Both the position numbers and the translations under genes were made by a program. The notes beneath the pieces are model-generated. The model did not search any database. It saw nothing but the letters and a program-made list of their open reading frames with translations, and was not told the origin of the DNA. A DNA stretch of 63,071 nucleotides, counting the filler. It is 4 parts of 4 records of this genome, joined end to end, with 100 filler letters (N's around TTAATTAATTAA, not from the genome) between each part and the next. Parts side by side here need not be neighbours in the genome. Positions count along the whole stretch, not along the records: positions 1 to 24,233 come from SRR20825006_985; 3 more parts are not named here. The stretch is one strand, 5' to 3'. Shown here in pieces: positions 10,491 to 20,385 of this stretch. Positions within the stretch are counted from its first letter, which is position 1; every line of letters starts with the position of its first letter.

Positions 10491-12445
10491 TATTCTACAG
10501 GTTTTAGGGTAAGGTTTTCTCCATATTGCATAATATAGATCCCGTTATTCATATAGCCACTTATACCGTTTTCAACATAACTAAATTTGTTTTCAATGTA
10601 CTCTGTAGCTATATTATTTTCTAACGATTCAATGTAAGTGTCTGAATTTGCCAACCTCAACAACGTATCATACATAATATCATAACCACGCACTGCATAC
10701 TTGTTAGGAGCAATGCCGTATTTAGCATTATAATCTATTATGAATTTGGCTTTATTCTCATAATCAAATTCTTTATCTACTGAAGGAAAAGTAAATTTAA
10801 GATTACTTAAATGATCGTTTGAAACATCTTCACTATCAAACGCAGATGTTTTCTCCAAAGCAAATAGTTGTATGTTATGTTTAGAACGGTAAGCGTTTAA
10901 ATACGATAAAAGATTACTTAATAATGCAACATCTTCTGTAGCTACAATAAACCAATTGTCTTTCCCACTTACCAATTGCTTGCTTACATCATTTTGATAC
11001 ACAAAATTGTCTTCTTGCTTTTTTAAAGTTGAAGCAGTTGGAAATTTAGATGTTATAAGAGATTTAATAGATGATGCATTATCATCTGCCAAAATAACTA
11101 TGTTTTGGTCTGTATGCATAGCTTCAAGGTAACTAAGCATAACCTCGTGTAACATATCATCTGTAGGGCGAGATTGTATAAGGTTTTCTCTTCCGTTAGC
11201 TTTTCTGCTCGACAATGGTGAAATTACCGGAATGTCTTTTCTGTTAAGTAATGCAGAAGCTTCCTCAACCGTACTATTTAAAAGCGGTCCTACAACTACA
11301 TCTACATCGTTAAAGTTATTATCATTTATAATAGCTCTTACTTTAGATGTGCTTTGTTCTGTATCAAAAACTCTTAGGGTCGTACTCAATCCTTTTTGTT
11401 TTCCTTCTTCCAATGCAACTAAGGCACCACTATAAAAATCTAATGAAATACGCATAACACGATCTCTCTTAATGCGCTCTTCTGTATTTGAAAGCGAATC
11501 GTTTGTAATCTTATGACTATTAAATGGTAATAATAATGCTACAGTTTTAGCATCGTAGTTTCTAATAGACGCTTCTAGGTTAACAATCTCATCATTGCCA
11601 AATGCAATACTAGTATTCTTCTTAGGAATTTTTATAATCATTCCTACTTTTAGTCCTTCTTCTAATTTAGGGTTTAGCGCAATTAATGAGTCTTCAGAAA
11701 TATTGAAACGTTGCTCTAACCTAAAGAAGTTTTCTTTCGGTTTAACTTCATAAAATGTAAATCGTTCATCTGTAATTACAGTGCTTTCGGTAGAAGCTTC
11801 GCCTTTTACATTTAATACTTGTCCTGGTTGTATAGGTTCTTCCATATCAGGATTCATAGCTTCTAACTCGGCTATGGTCATCCCATATTTTCTAGAGATC
11901 CCGTATTTCCCTTCTTTAGCTTGAACGGTATGGGTTGTTTTCCCAGAAGGCGTTCTTACAATTTTAACAACAGGTTCTTCTTTAATTATAAACCTAGGAT
12001 CTTCAACAGTTTGAGTATCTGAAATAACAACATTTGGATACACAGGTATTCTTATTTTGTCCTTTCGTTTTAATTGCTCGGCATACAACCATTTATTATA
12101 CCTCTTAATCTCATCTACAGTAACATTATACTCTTTAGATAAACTGTATAAGGTTTCCTTACGCTTTACTTTATGTGTTTTAAAGGTTTTTGGCGTGCGG
12201 TCTTGCGAGTTTGCCGAATTGTTTTGAGCAGAAGTGCTTTTAGGGATCACTAAAACAGCACCTTTTCTTAATCCATTTTTAGCATCTGGATTAAACCTAT
12301 ATATTTCTTGAATTGTAGTATTAAAACGCTTAGCCAAACTAGTGGCAGTATCGTCTTGTTTAACTGTATATGTCAAAAATTCTTGTGCATTCGCTTGTAA
12401 ATTGAATGCTAAAAAGAAGATTAGACTGGCTAGGATTGTTTTCAT
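10490..12445 (-). CDS. Multi-LysM peptidoglycan-binding protein with C-terminal type-1 periplasmic-binding fold
   Basis: Four LysM-like units (YTVKQDDT, HKVKRKETLYSLS, HTVQAKEGKYGIS, YEVKPKENFF), then VALLLPF...DVVVGPL. Confidence 0.88.
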   Translation of the reverse strand: MKTILASLIFFLAFNLQANAQEFLTYTVKQDDTATSLAKRFNTTIQEIYRFNPDAKNGLRKGAVLVIPKSTSAQNNSANSQDRTPKTFKTHKVKRKETLYSLSKEYNVTVDEIKRYNKWLYAEQLKRKDKIRIPVYPNVVISDTQTVEDPRFIIKEEPVVKIVRTPSGKTTHTVQAKEGKYGISRKYGMTIAELEAMNPDMEEPIQPGQVLNVKGEASTESTVITDERFTFYEVKPKENFFRLEQRFNISEDSLIALNPKLEEGLKVGMIIKIPKKNTSIAFGNDEIVNLEASIRNYDAKTVALLLPFNSHKITNDSLSNTEERIKRDRVMRISLDFYSGALVALEEGKQKGLSTTLRVFDTEQSTSKVRAIINDNNFNDVDVVVGPLLNSTVEEASALLNRKDIPVISPLSSRKANGRENLIQSRPTDDMLHEVMLSYLEAMHTDQNIVILADDNASSIKSLITSKFPTASTLKKQEDNFVYQNDVSKQLVSGKDNWFIVATEDVALLSNLLSYLNAYRSKHNIQLFALEKTSAFDSEDVSNDHLSNLKFTFPSVDKEFDYENKAKFIIDYNAKYGIAPNKYAVRGYDIMYDTLLRLANSDTYIESLENNIATEYIENKFSYVENGISGYMNNGIYIMQYGENLTLKPVE

Positions 12446-12454
12446 ATTATAATT

Positions 12455-13984
12455 TTATTCCCACTCAATTGTGGCTGGCGGCTTAGAACTAATGTCATAC
12501 ACTACTCTATTAACGCCTTTTACACGATTTATTATCGTATTTGATGTCTTTTGCAGAAACTCATAAGGTAAATTGCACCAATCTGCAGTCATACCATCTG
12601 TAGACTCTACAGCTCTTAGAGCAACAACTTGCTCATAAGTACGCTCATCTCCCATAACACCTACAGATTGTACAGGTAATAATATTGCACCTGCTTGCCA
12701 TACTTTATCGTATAGCTCCCATTCTCTAAGTCCGTTTATAAAGATGGCATCTACTTCTTGTAAGATACGTACTTTTTCTGCAGTAATGTCTCCCAAGATT
12801 CTAATTGCTAAACCAGGTCCAGGAAAAGGATGTCTTCCTAATAATTTAGGAGAAATACCCATTTCTTTACCAACACGTCTTACTTCATCTTTAAAAAGCA
12901 TACGTAATGGTTCCACAATTTTAAGTTTCATGAAATCTGGCAAACCTCCAACATTATGGTGAGATTTTATTGTTGCAGAAGGTCCGTTTACAGAGATGCT
13001 TTCTATAACATCTGGATAAATGGTACCTTGAGCTAAAAATTTCACATCTTCAATATCGTGAGCTTCATCATCAAATACTTCAATGAACACGCGACCTATT
13101 TCTTTACGTTTTTCTTCTGGATCGCTTTTTCCTTCTAAGGCTTTCAAGAAACGTGCCGAAGCATCAACACCTTTAACATTTAGACCCATATCTTTATATT
13201 GATCTAACACATCAACAAATTCGTTTTTGCGTAGCAACCCATTGTTTACAAAAATACAATACAGGTTTTTCCCAATAGCTTTATGCAATAACACTGCTGC
13301 TACTGTTGAGTCTACGCCACCGCTTAAACCAAGAACAACTTTATCTTCCCCTATTTTTTCATTTAACTCATTAACTGTTAAATCTACAAAAGCGCCTGGT
13401 GTCCAAGATTGCTCAACGCCAGCTATATGAACTAAGAAGTTTTCTAAAAGCTGCTTACCATCTGTAGAGTGGTAAACTTCTGGGTGAAACTGTATACAGT
13501 ATGTTTCTTCTCCATCTATTCTGTAAGCTGCATTTAGAACATCTGCTGTACTTGCTAGCCTCACAGCATTATCTGGTAATTCTTTAATAGTATCACTATG
13601 ACTCATCCATACTTGTGAGTTTTCTGTAATACTTGCAAAAAGAGCTTCTTTATCTTTAATTACAGACAGATTAGCACGACCGTATTCTCTAACATTAGAC
13701 GCTTCTACCTTGCCTCCAAAAAAGTGAGCTAAATACTGCGCACCATAACAAACACCTAATAATGGAAGTTTCCCTTTTATATTAGATAGGTCTGGTTGCG
13801 GAGCATCTTCACCTCTTACAGAAAAAGGGCTACCCGATAAAATGACAGCTTTAAAGGTTGATAAATCTTCTGGAACTTTATGGAATGGATGAATTTCGCA
13901 ATAAATGTTTAATTCTCTTACACGACGAGCAATTAACTGCGTGTATTGCGATCCAAAATCGAGGATAAGTACGTTGTTTTGCAT
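12455..13984 (-). CDS. guaA: GMP synthase (glutamine-hydrolysing)
   Basis: [56 protein letters not shown] at 13984. Confidence 0.98.
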   Translation of the reverse strand: MQNNVLILDFGSQYTQLIARRVRELNIYCEIHPFHKVPEDLSTFKAVILSGSPFSVRGEDAPQPDLSNIKGKLPLLGVCYGAQYLAHFFGGKVEASNVREYGRANLSVIKDKEALFASITENSQVWMSHSDTIKELPDNAVRLASTADVLNAAYRIDGEETYCIQFHPEVYHSTDGKQLLENFLVHIAGVEQSWTPGAFVDLTVNELNEKIGEDKVVLGLSGGVDSTVAAVLLHKAIGKNLYCIFVNNGLLRKNEFVDVLDQYKDMGLNVKGVDASARFLKALEGKSDPEEKRKEIGRVFIEVFDDEAHDIEDVKFLAQGTIYPDVIESISVNGPSATIKSHHNVGGLPDFMKLKIVEPLRMLFKDEVRRVGKEMGISPKLLGRHPFPGPGLAIRILGDITAEKVRILQEVDAIFINGLREWELYDKVWQAGAILLPVQSVGVMGDERTYEQVVALRAVESTDGMTADWCNLPYEFLQKTSNTIINRVKGVNRVVYDISSKPPATIEWE

Positions 13985-13987
13985 AGG

Positions 13988-13995
13988 CAAAAGTA
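13988..13995 (-). promoter_or_regulatory. Bacteroidota -7 element abutting the guaA start codon
   Basis: TACTTTTG on the minus strand, 3 nt before the ATG at 13984. Confidence 0.6.
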
Positions 13996-14179
13996 ACCCA
14001 AATTAAATTTTTCAGAAAAGATTTTCTAAACAGATTTTTTGAGTTACTATTGATTCTTTTTCAAATTTTAATAAACAATTTTTGAAGTGATAATTTTTAA
14101 AATCTACACTGTGAAACTTTAAGTTTAGGAAATGCAGATTAGCGCTTACATAACTAGATTTATTTGTAATATAAATTCT

Positions 14180-14187
14180 TACATTTG
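14180..14187 (+). promoter_or_regulatory. Bacteroidota -7 element upstream of the GT22-like gene
   Basis: TACATTTG matches TAnnTTTG, 38 nt before the proposed CTG start. Confidence 0.55.
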
Positions 14188-14225
14188 AATTCCCCTAAAT
14201 TAACTTAATTAAGATCTAAATTACC

Positions 14226-15731
14226 CTGAAACCTACTTCATTTCATAAGATTTGTATTGTTTTTGCCCTTATATTCTATGCAGCAGTTGCCTGGTTTGCA
14301 AGCGGCTATTATCATGCAGATGAACATTTTCAAATTATTGAATTTGCTGGAATAAAAACAGGCGCCAATACCCCAAACGATCTCTCTTTTGAATATCGCG
14401 AAGGCATAAGACCTACCTTACAGCCTACAATTGCATATCTCATTTTAGAATTTCAGGAAGTATTTACAAGTAACCCATATATTAAAGCGTTTTTACTAAG
14501 ATTACTTACTGCTATAATTGGACTCCTGGCAATTAGGCTTTTTATTAATGCCACCTTATTTTTAATTGAAGAGCGTTTACGGAACGTTTATATCATAAGC
14601 TCATATTTTATCTGGTTTATGCCTTTGGTATTTACACGATTTTCTTCTGAAGCTTGGTCTGCCATCTTCATAATTTTTGCAACTACAACGCTAATCAACT
14701 CTAAATTACCTAATCCTCGACAAATATTTGGTATCGGTTTGCTTTTAGGAACCGCCTTTCTATTTAGGTACCAATCTGCATTTATAAGTATTGGGTTAAT
14801 AGCCTGGCTACTTTACAATAAGCGTTTAAACTTAAAAGGGTTTTTACAAATGTCTTCTGCTATTTTAATAATAGCTCTAATTGGAATCTTGATAGACACT
14901 TGGTTTTATGATAAATGGATTATAACCGCCTGGAATTATTTCAACTTTAATATTATTGAAGATGGCGCTTCTACATTTGGCACCAAGCCATTTCTTTGGT
15001 ATCCGTATGCAATTATTAAATACACCTTCTTACCTATTGGCATTTTAATAGGCTTATCTTTTTTATACTTGCTTCTAGAACGAAGAAAATCTATTTTTCT
15101 ATTTATTTTTCTTCCAATGTTTGTGGTGCATTGTCTTATACCACATAAAGAAGTTAGATTTTTGTTTCCATTAGCATTTATAGTGACTCCTATTGTATTC
15201 TTATTTATACAATATGTCTTTAAATCGACTAGAGATATATTTCCAAATAAATTTGCAATACCTACACTGGCTATTATTTCTATCATATGTATAACCTTAG
15301 CTAACAGTATTGGTTTAGTTGCGTTGGTTAGCAAAACTGCAGGAGCAAGATCTATTCACACAGGAAAGTATATTTATGATAATTTTAAAGGTGATGCTAT
15401 AACGCTGTACCAAACACAATTTGCTGCACCTTACGCTCCTTTTGGGGTACCTCTAAATTTTTATAAAGTTGAAAATTTGACTACCAAGACAATAATAACT
15501 CCTTGTGACATTACTTTAAAAGACATTAATCCTAACAATATTAATTTAGTGACATTTGCCTTTAAAGATAAATTAGACACTACCTGTCTTTCAGAAAACA
15601 CAACGTTAGAGTTTACAAAGCTCACCCAAAGTTGGCCAGATTGGCTTGTAACGTTAAATGAATTTTATACTGCCTACGAAACACCAGAGCAAACGTATTT
15701 ATATAAGGTAGACTTAAAGCGTCAAGATTGA
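14226..15731 (+). CDS. PIG-B/Alg9-like (GT22, GT-C fold) integral membrane mannosyltransferase; probable CTG start, 501 aa
   Basis: Frame is open from 14220 to the stop at 15731. The 131 codons before the ORF-track ATG encode a TM helix, YYHADEHFQ and FEYREGIRP. The C-terminal part has HKEVRFLFP, the PIG-B/Alg9 HKExRF motif. Confidence 0.82.
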   Translation: MKPTSFHKICIVFALIFYAAVAWFASGYYHADEHFQIIEFAGIKTGANTPNDLSFEYREGIRPTLQPTIAYLILEFQEVFTSNPYIKAFLLRLLTAIIGLLAIRLFINATLFLIEERLRNVYIISSYFIWFMPLVFTRFSSEAWSAIFIIFATTTLINSKLPNPRQIFGIGLLLGTAFLFRYQSAFISIGLIAWLLYNKRLNLKGFLQMSSAILIIALIGILIDTWFYDKWIITAWNYFNFNIIEDGASTFGTKPFLWYPYAIIKYTFLPIGILIGLSFLYLLLERRKSIFLFIFLPMFVVHCLIPHKEVRFLFPLAFIVTPIVFLFIQYVFKSTRDIFPNKFAIPTLAIISIICITLANSIGLVALVSKTAGARSIHTGKYIYDNFKGDAITLYQTQFAAPYAPFGVPLNFYKVENLTTKTIITPCDITLKDINPNNINLVTFAFKDKLDTTCLSENTTLEFTKLTQSWPDWLVTLNEFYTAYETPEQTYLYKVDLKRQD

Positions 15732-17327
15732 AAACTCATGACTAAGAGGATCTAAATTTTCTTTTAATTCATTAATTAATTGGTCTCCATACTCTAAGTA
15801 AAACTCTGAGAAATTTATTGTGCGTTCTTGAAGGCTTTTTAAAGGGAAGAGCTCATTTTGAAGTGCTACCAACCTACTCACCTCATCTTTTAACTTTAAA
15901 CGCTGAGCTTTTAACAGTCGCTGCTCTAAATGATCTAAGCCTTTTAATTGTTTTACTTCTTGTGCTTTTACTGCTCCTAAAAATGTAGCATCAGTTTTTT
16001 CAGCTAAAGCATACATAGCTTCAAACTGGTCTTTAAGGTGTGCTTTCTGCGTAGAGAAATCTATATTTATATTAGAAATCTGCCTAACTTTTCTATTTAT
16101 AAGTTCGTGCTGTTTTAAGAACAGCTCTTCATTACTCACTCTAAGCTTTTGCTGTTTCTCGTATTGTTTATCTGTTCGTAGCAACACAGAATTTCTTAAT
16201 AGCAAAATAGGAAAAGGAACTTCAACTTTATCAAAATAGGTTTTAAGCTCAAACCAATAAGCTAACTCTCCGCCACCACCTATATAACAAATGTTTGGCA
16301 AAATAGTTTCCTGATATAGCGGTCGCATTATAACATTTGGGCTAAATCTTTCTGGATGCTCCGATACTTCTTCAAAAAGCTCTTGTTCTGTATTCCAAAT
16401 CTTATCACTATCAACAACACCAAACGTACCATCTACATTTACGATACGCTCTCTAGAAGTTTCGGTTAAATAAAATAAATTTATTTCTCTAGCAGAGACC
16501 TGAACTGGATAGTTTGCACTTTCTAAGTGCTTAGATGTGTTAGTTACAGCTTTATAAGATGTTTGATGCTGTAATTCATCTAAAACTGTAGGCACAAATA
16601 GTTGCTTTAACTTAGGATGATCTGCATCTAAAATTACCAACCCGTACTTAGCAAACAGCTCGTTAGTTAAATACCTCGTAGCTTCAGCTAGTGTATTGTG
16701 GTTTAAGTAGGTGTCTTCAAATAATTTTACAAGATATTCTGCTTGATGACCTACACCTAATTCTGCTTTAAGAAGTTTTAAAACATCTTCTAAGCCTTCA
16801 GTAGTAAATCTTCCGACAGCTCCATTTGCATTATCTGAATAACGTTCTGGACTCCACTTAAACTTTTTACCATGTAATGTAAAGTGATTAATTTCTTCAA
16901 AATCATGATCTTCTGTTGCCATCCAAAATACAGGAACAACATTTATATCCTTATAATTTTCTGAAAGCTTTTCAGAAAGGTTTATAGTAGATATAATCTT
17001 ATATAAAAAATACAAAGGCCCAGAAAACAAGTTGAGTTGATGACCAGTTGTTATGGTTACAGTAGTATCTTCGGCCAACAATTGTATGGCTTGTTGTGTT
17101 TCAGAAGATGTTTCAATATTTTGGTATTGTTCCTTAAGTACTTCTACCAAAATACGCCTATGTGTCTTGGGAAATTGTTTGTTACGTTCTTTTGCATGAG
17201 TTAAGAATGCAGCATCACTAGGAAAACTTCTATAAAACGAAGCTAGTTTTCCCTCTTGTTTCAAGTAGTCACAAACGAGATTTGAAAAATAGCCAGTATC
17301 TTCAAATGGTATACAATCAATAGGCAT
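15714..17327 (-). CDS. bshC: Bacillithiol biosynthesis cysteine-adding enzyme BshC
   Basis: TTGHQLNLF.GPLY..YK, VPVFWMATEDHDFEEI, FSPNVIMRPLYQE, YIGGGGELAYW, LQER. Confidence 0.95.
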   Translation of the reverse strand: MPIDCIPFEDTGYFSNLVCDYLKQEGKLASFYRSFPSDAAFLTHAKERNKQFPKTHRRILVEVLKEQYQNIETSSETQQAIQLLAEDTTVTITTGHQLNLFSGPLYFLYKIISTINLSEKLSENYKDINVVPVFWMATEDHDFEEINHFTLHGKKFKWSPERYSDNANGAVGRFTTEGLEDVLKLLKAELGVGHQAEYLVKLFEDTYLNHNTLAEATRYLTNELFAKYGLVILDADHPKLKQLFVPTVLDELQHQTSYKAVTNTSKHLESANYPVQVSAREINLFYLTETSRERIVNVDGTFGVVDSDKIWNTEQELFEEVSEHPERFSPNVIMRPLYQETILPNICYIGGGGELAYWFELKTYFDKVEVPFPILLLRNSVLLRTDKQYEKQQKLRVSNEELFLKQHELINRKVRQISNINIDFSTQKAHLKDQFEAMYALAEKTDATFLGAVKAQEVKQLKGLDHLEQRLLKAQRLKLKDEVSRLVALQNELFPLKSLQERTINFSEFYLEYGDQLINELKENLDPLSHEFSILTL

Positions 17328-17429
17328 ATAAGGAATTTATTCTGTGTAAAGTTAGCGATTTTTAGAAGGAAACAGCCTAGATAATGCTAAGCTGTGTATC
17401 TTTAAACTTTTAATATTTGTTCTTATATA

Positions 17430-19901
17430 ATGAAACAACTTACACTTCTTTTCGCTTTTTTATGTTCAATCACTATTTCGGCGCAATTAGAATCGCCCGA
17501 AGCTTTTTTAGGCTATGAAATTGGACAACAGTTTACACGGCACGCAGACGTGGTTAACTATTTTGAACACGTTGCACAGTTTTCACCGATGGTTTCCTTC
17601 TCTACCTATGGAAAAACCAATGAGCGCAGACCTTTAACCTATGCAATTGTGACATCAGAAAACAACCTTAGCAATATTGAAGCTATTAGGGCAAACCATT
17701 TAAAAAACACAGGTATACTTTCTGGAGACAGCACTACAGACAAAGCTATTGTTTGGTTAAGTTATAATGTACACGGTAATGAAGCATCGTCTACAGAAGC
17801 TGCAATGGCCACACTCTACAAACTTATTACTGAAAAACAAGATTGGCTTGAAAATACAATTGTTATTATAGATCCTTGTGTAAATCCTGATGGTAGAGAT
17901 CGTTATGCCAATTGGTACAACCAGGTAAAAGCAACACCTTACAACATTGCGCAAGATGCTACAGAACACCATGAACCTTGGCCTGGCGGAAGACCTAATC
18001 ATTATTTATTCGATTTGAATAGAGATTGGGCTTGGGCTACTCAAATTGAAACACAAGAACGTTTAAAAGTTTATAACCAATGGCTGCCTCACGTACATGT
18101 AGATTTTCATGAGCAAGGCATTAACGACCCATATTATTTTGCACCAGCTGCAGAGCCTTTTCATGAAGAGATCACAGATTTTCAAAGAGATTTTCAGACC
18201 AAAATAGGTAAAAATCACGCAAAATATTTTGATGAAAATGGGTGGTTATTTTTTACAAAAGAACGTTTTGATTTATTGTACCCAAGTTATGGTGACACCT
18301 ACCCAACATTTATGGGAGCTATAGGTATGACTTATGAGCAAGCTGGTCACGGTCGTGCTGGTCTTGGTATTAATACAGATGAAGGCAATGTTTTAACACT
18401 AAAAGATAGAGTTGCACACCATACCACAACTGGTTTATCTACAATTGAAGTAGCTTCTAATAACGCCGCTGAATTAAATGCCGAGTTTAATGCATTCTTT
18501 AACAATGCAACTAACAATGCATCTTATGTTTTAAATGGTTCTCAGGATAAAATTGATGCTGTTACTAACTTGTTAGACAAACATGAGATAGTGTACAATT
18601 TTGGTAATTCTGGAAATGTTTCTGGTTATAACTACAATACTCAGAAAAATGGAAGTATGAAGATGACAACTAGTTCATTAATTATAAGCGCCAATCAACC
18701 AAAAGGTAAAATGGTTACAACGCTATTTGAGCCACAAACCAAAATAGCAGACTCTCTTACTTATGATATTACAGCTTGGAGTATACCTTACGCTTATGGT
18801 TTAGATGCTGTTGCTACCACAAAATCTGTTTCAGGAAATACATCTCGACAACGTTCTGATATAAGTAATAATCCTATGACTTCATCTGCAGGATATATTT
18901 CTAAATGGGACAGCATGAAAGATGCCCGTTTTTTATCTGAATTACTTAAGGCAGGAATAAATGTGAGATTTTCAGAAAAAGCTTTTACTAATGCTAATAC
19001 AGATTTTGAGAAGGGCAGTTTAATTATAACACGAAGCGATAATACATCCTTAGAAAATTTTGACACTTTAGTTACAACAATTGCAAACACACAGCAAAGA
19101 CAGCTTAATCCTGTAACTAGCAGTTTTGCTAATAATGGTCCAGATTTTGGCTCTCCACATATTAAAAGAATAAACAAACAGAAGATTGCAGTACTAACTG
19201 GAGATTATACCTCGTCACTAAGTTATGGTGAACTTTGGCACTTTTTTGAAACTCAATTACACTATCCCATAACCAGCATTAACACAAATAACTTTTCTGG
19301 AATACATATAGGAGATTATGATGTACTTATAATCCCAGATGGATATTACGGAAGTTATTTCGATGAATCTAAATTAGGTACATTAAAGGAATTTGTAAAA
19401 AATGGCGGAAAAATAATTGCACTTGCAAACGCTTTACAAATATTTAGTGATAATGACAGTTTTAGTTTGAAACAAAAAACTCAAGAACAAGAAGACACTG
19501 ATAATAAGCTATTACCTTATAATATGAGAGAACGCCAAAGCACTAATGATTTTATTATTGGCAGTATTTTTAAAACAACTTTAGACACTAATCATCCACT
19601 AGCATTTGGATACAAAAACACGTACAATAGTTTAAAGCTAAGCGCAGATGCTTATCAATTTCTTGATAGTGGTTATAATGTAGGATACATAAATGGTACT
19701 GCTCAAAACATTTCAGGATTTGCAGGAAAAAATGCTTTAAAAAACCAAGATAACACTATGATCTTTGGAGAAGAAAGATTAGGTAAGGGAAGTATAATTT
19801 ATATGGTAGACAATCCTATGTTTAGGAGCTTTTGGGAAAACGGTAAACTTCTTCTCGTAAATGCAATTTTCTATGTGAACAACTCTAAAGTTAGAATTTA
19901 G
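17430..19901 (+). CDS. Secreted M14-family zinc carboxypeptidase
   Basis: HGNE, NPDGRDR, NHYLFDLNRDW, VDFHEQ zinc-ligand motifs; signal peptide; C-terminal GATase-like domain. Confidence 0.9.
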   Translation: MKQLTLLFAFLCSITISAQLESPEAFLGYEIGQQFTRHADVVNYFEHVAQFSPMVSFSTYGKTNERRPLTYAIVTSENNLSNIEAIRANHLKNTGILSGDSTTDKAIVWLSYNVHGNEASSTEAAMATLYKLITEKQDWLENTIVIIDPCVNPDGRDRYANWYNQVKATPYNIAQDATEHHEPWPGGRPNHYLFDLNRDWAWATQIETQERLKVYNQWLPHVHVDFHEQGINDPYYFAPAAEPFHEEITDFQRDFQTKIGKNHAKYFDENGWLFFTKERFDLLYPSYGDTYPTFMGAIGMTYEQAGHGRAGLGINTDEGNVLTLKDRVAHHTTTGLSTIEVASNNAAELNAEFNAFFNNATNNASYVLNGSQDKIDAVTNLLDKHEIVYNFGNSGNVSGYNYNTQKNGSMKMTTSSLIISANQPKGKMVTTLFEPQTKIADSLTYDITAWSIPYAYGLDAVATTKSVSGNTSRQRSDISNNPMTSSAGYISKWDSMKDARFLSELLKAGINVRFSEKAFTNANTDFEKGSLIITRSDNTSLENFDTLVTTIANTQQRQLNPVTSSFANNGPDFGSPHIKRINKQKIAVLTGDYTSSLSYGELWHFFETQLHYPITSINTNNFSGIHIGDYDVLIIPDGYYGSYFDESKLGTLKEFVKNGGKIIALANALQIFSDNDSFSLKQKTQEQEDTDNKLLPYNMRERQSTNDFIIGSIFKTTLDTNHPLAFGYKNTYNSLKLSADAYQFLDSGYNVGYINGTAQNISGFAGKNALKNQDNTMIFGEERLGKGSIIYMVDNPMFRSFWENGKLLLVNAIFYVNNSKVRI

Positions 19902-19981
19902 AACACTATAAACATTAAACAAATGTTAAAATTAATTGATCTGAAAAATTAACATTAACATAAAATAACAAAGAGACAACT

Positions 19982-20011
19982 AAGACCTTATTTTTATAAG
20001 GTCTTTTTTTT
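19982..20011 (+). terminator. Intrinsic terminator after the M14 peptidase
   Basis: AAGACCTTAT-TTTT-ATAAGGTCTT hairpin followed by T6. Confidence 0.85.
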
Positions 20012-20385
20012 ATATAAATAAATATTTATCAAGGCTCTATCATTGTTTACTCTAAATTTAAAATTAAAATTAATTTGGCGTTTGTAATCTTTTTCTTACT
20101 AATAATTTTTAGTCAAACGCAATGAAAATAAATGGAGAAATCATCTAAATTACTTTTTAAGACTTCATTAACATATTCATCACACCGTTTGTCACTTAAT
20201 CTTTATTTGGGACATATGAGCTTATTGAGTTACGAATTTTATTAAAATTTGGTTTTATTTAAGATAAATATTCACTTAAATAAAGAATAGCTTAACATAT
20301 TGTGATTTATTATCCAATTAACTTTACGTTATAATTGGTACTTATATTTAGTATTGTTTAAACACAAATAAATCCCTCTTCTGCT

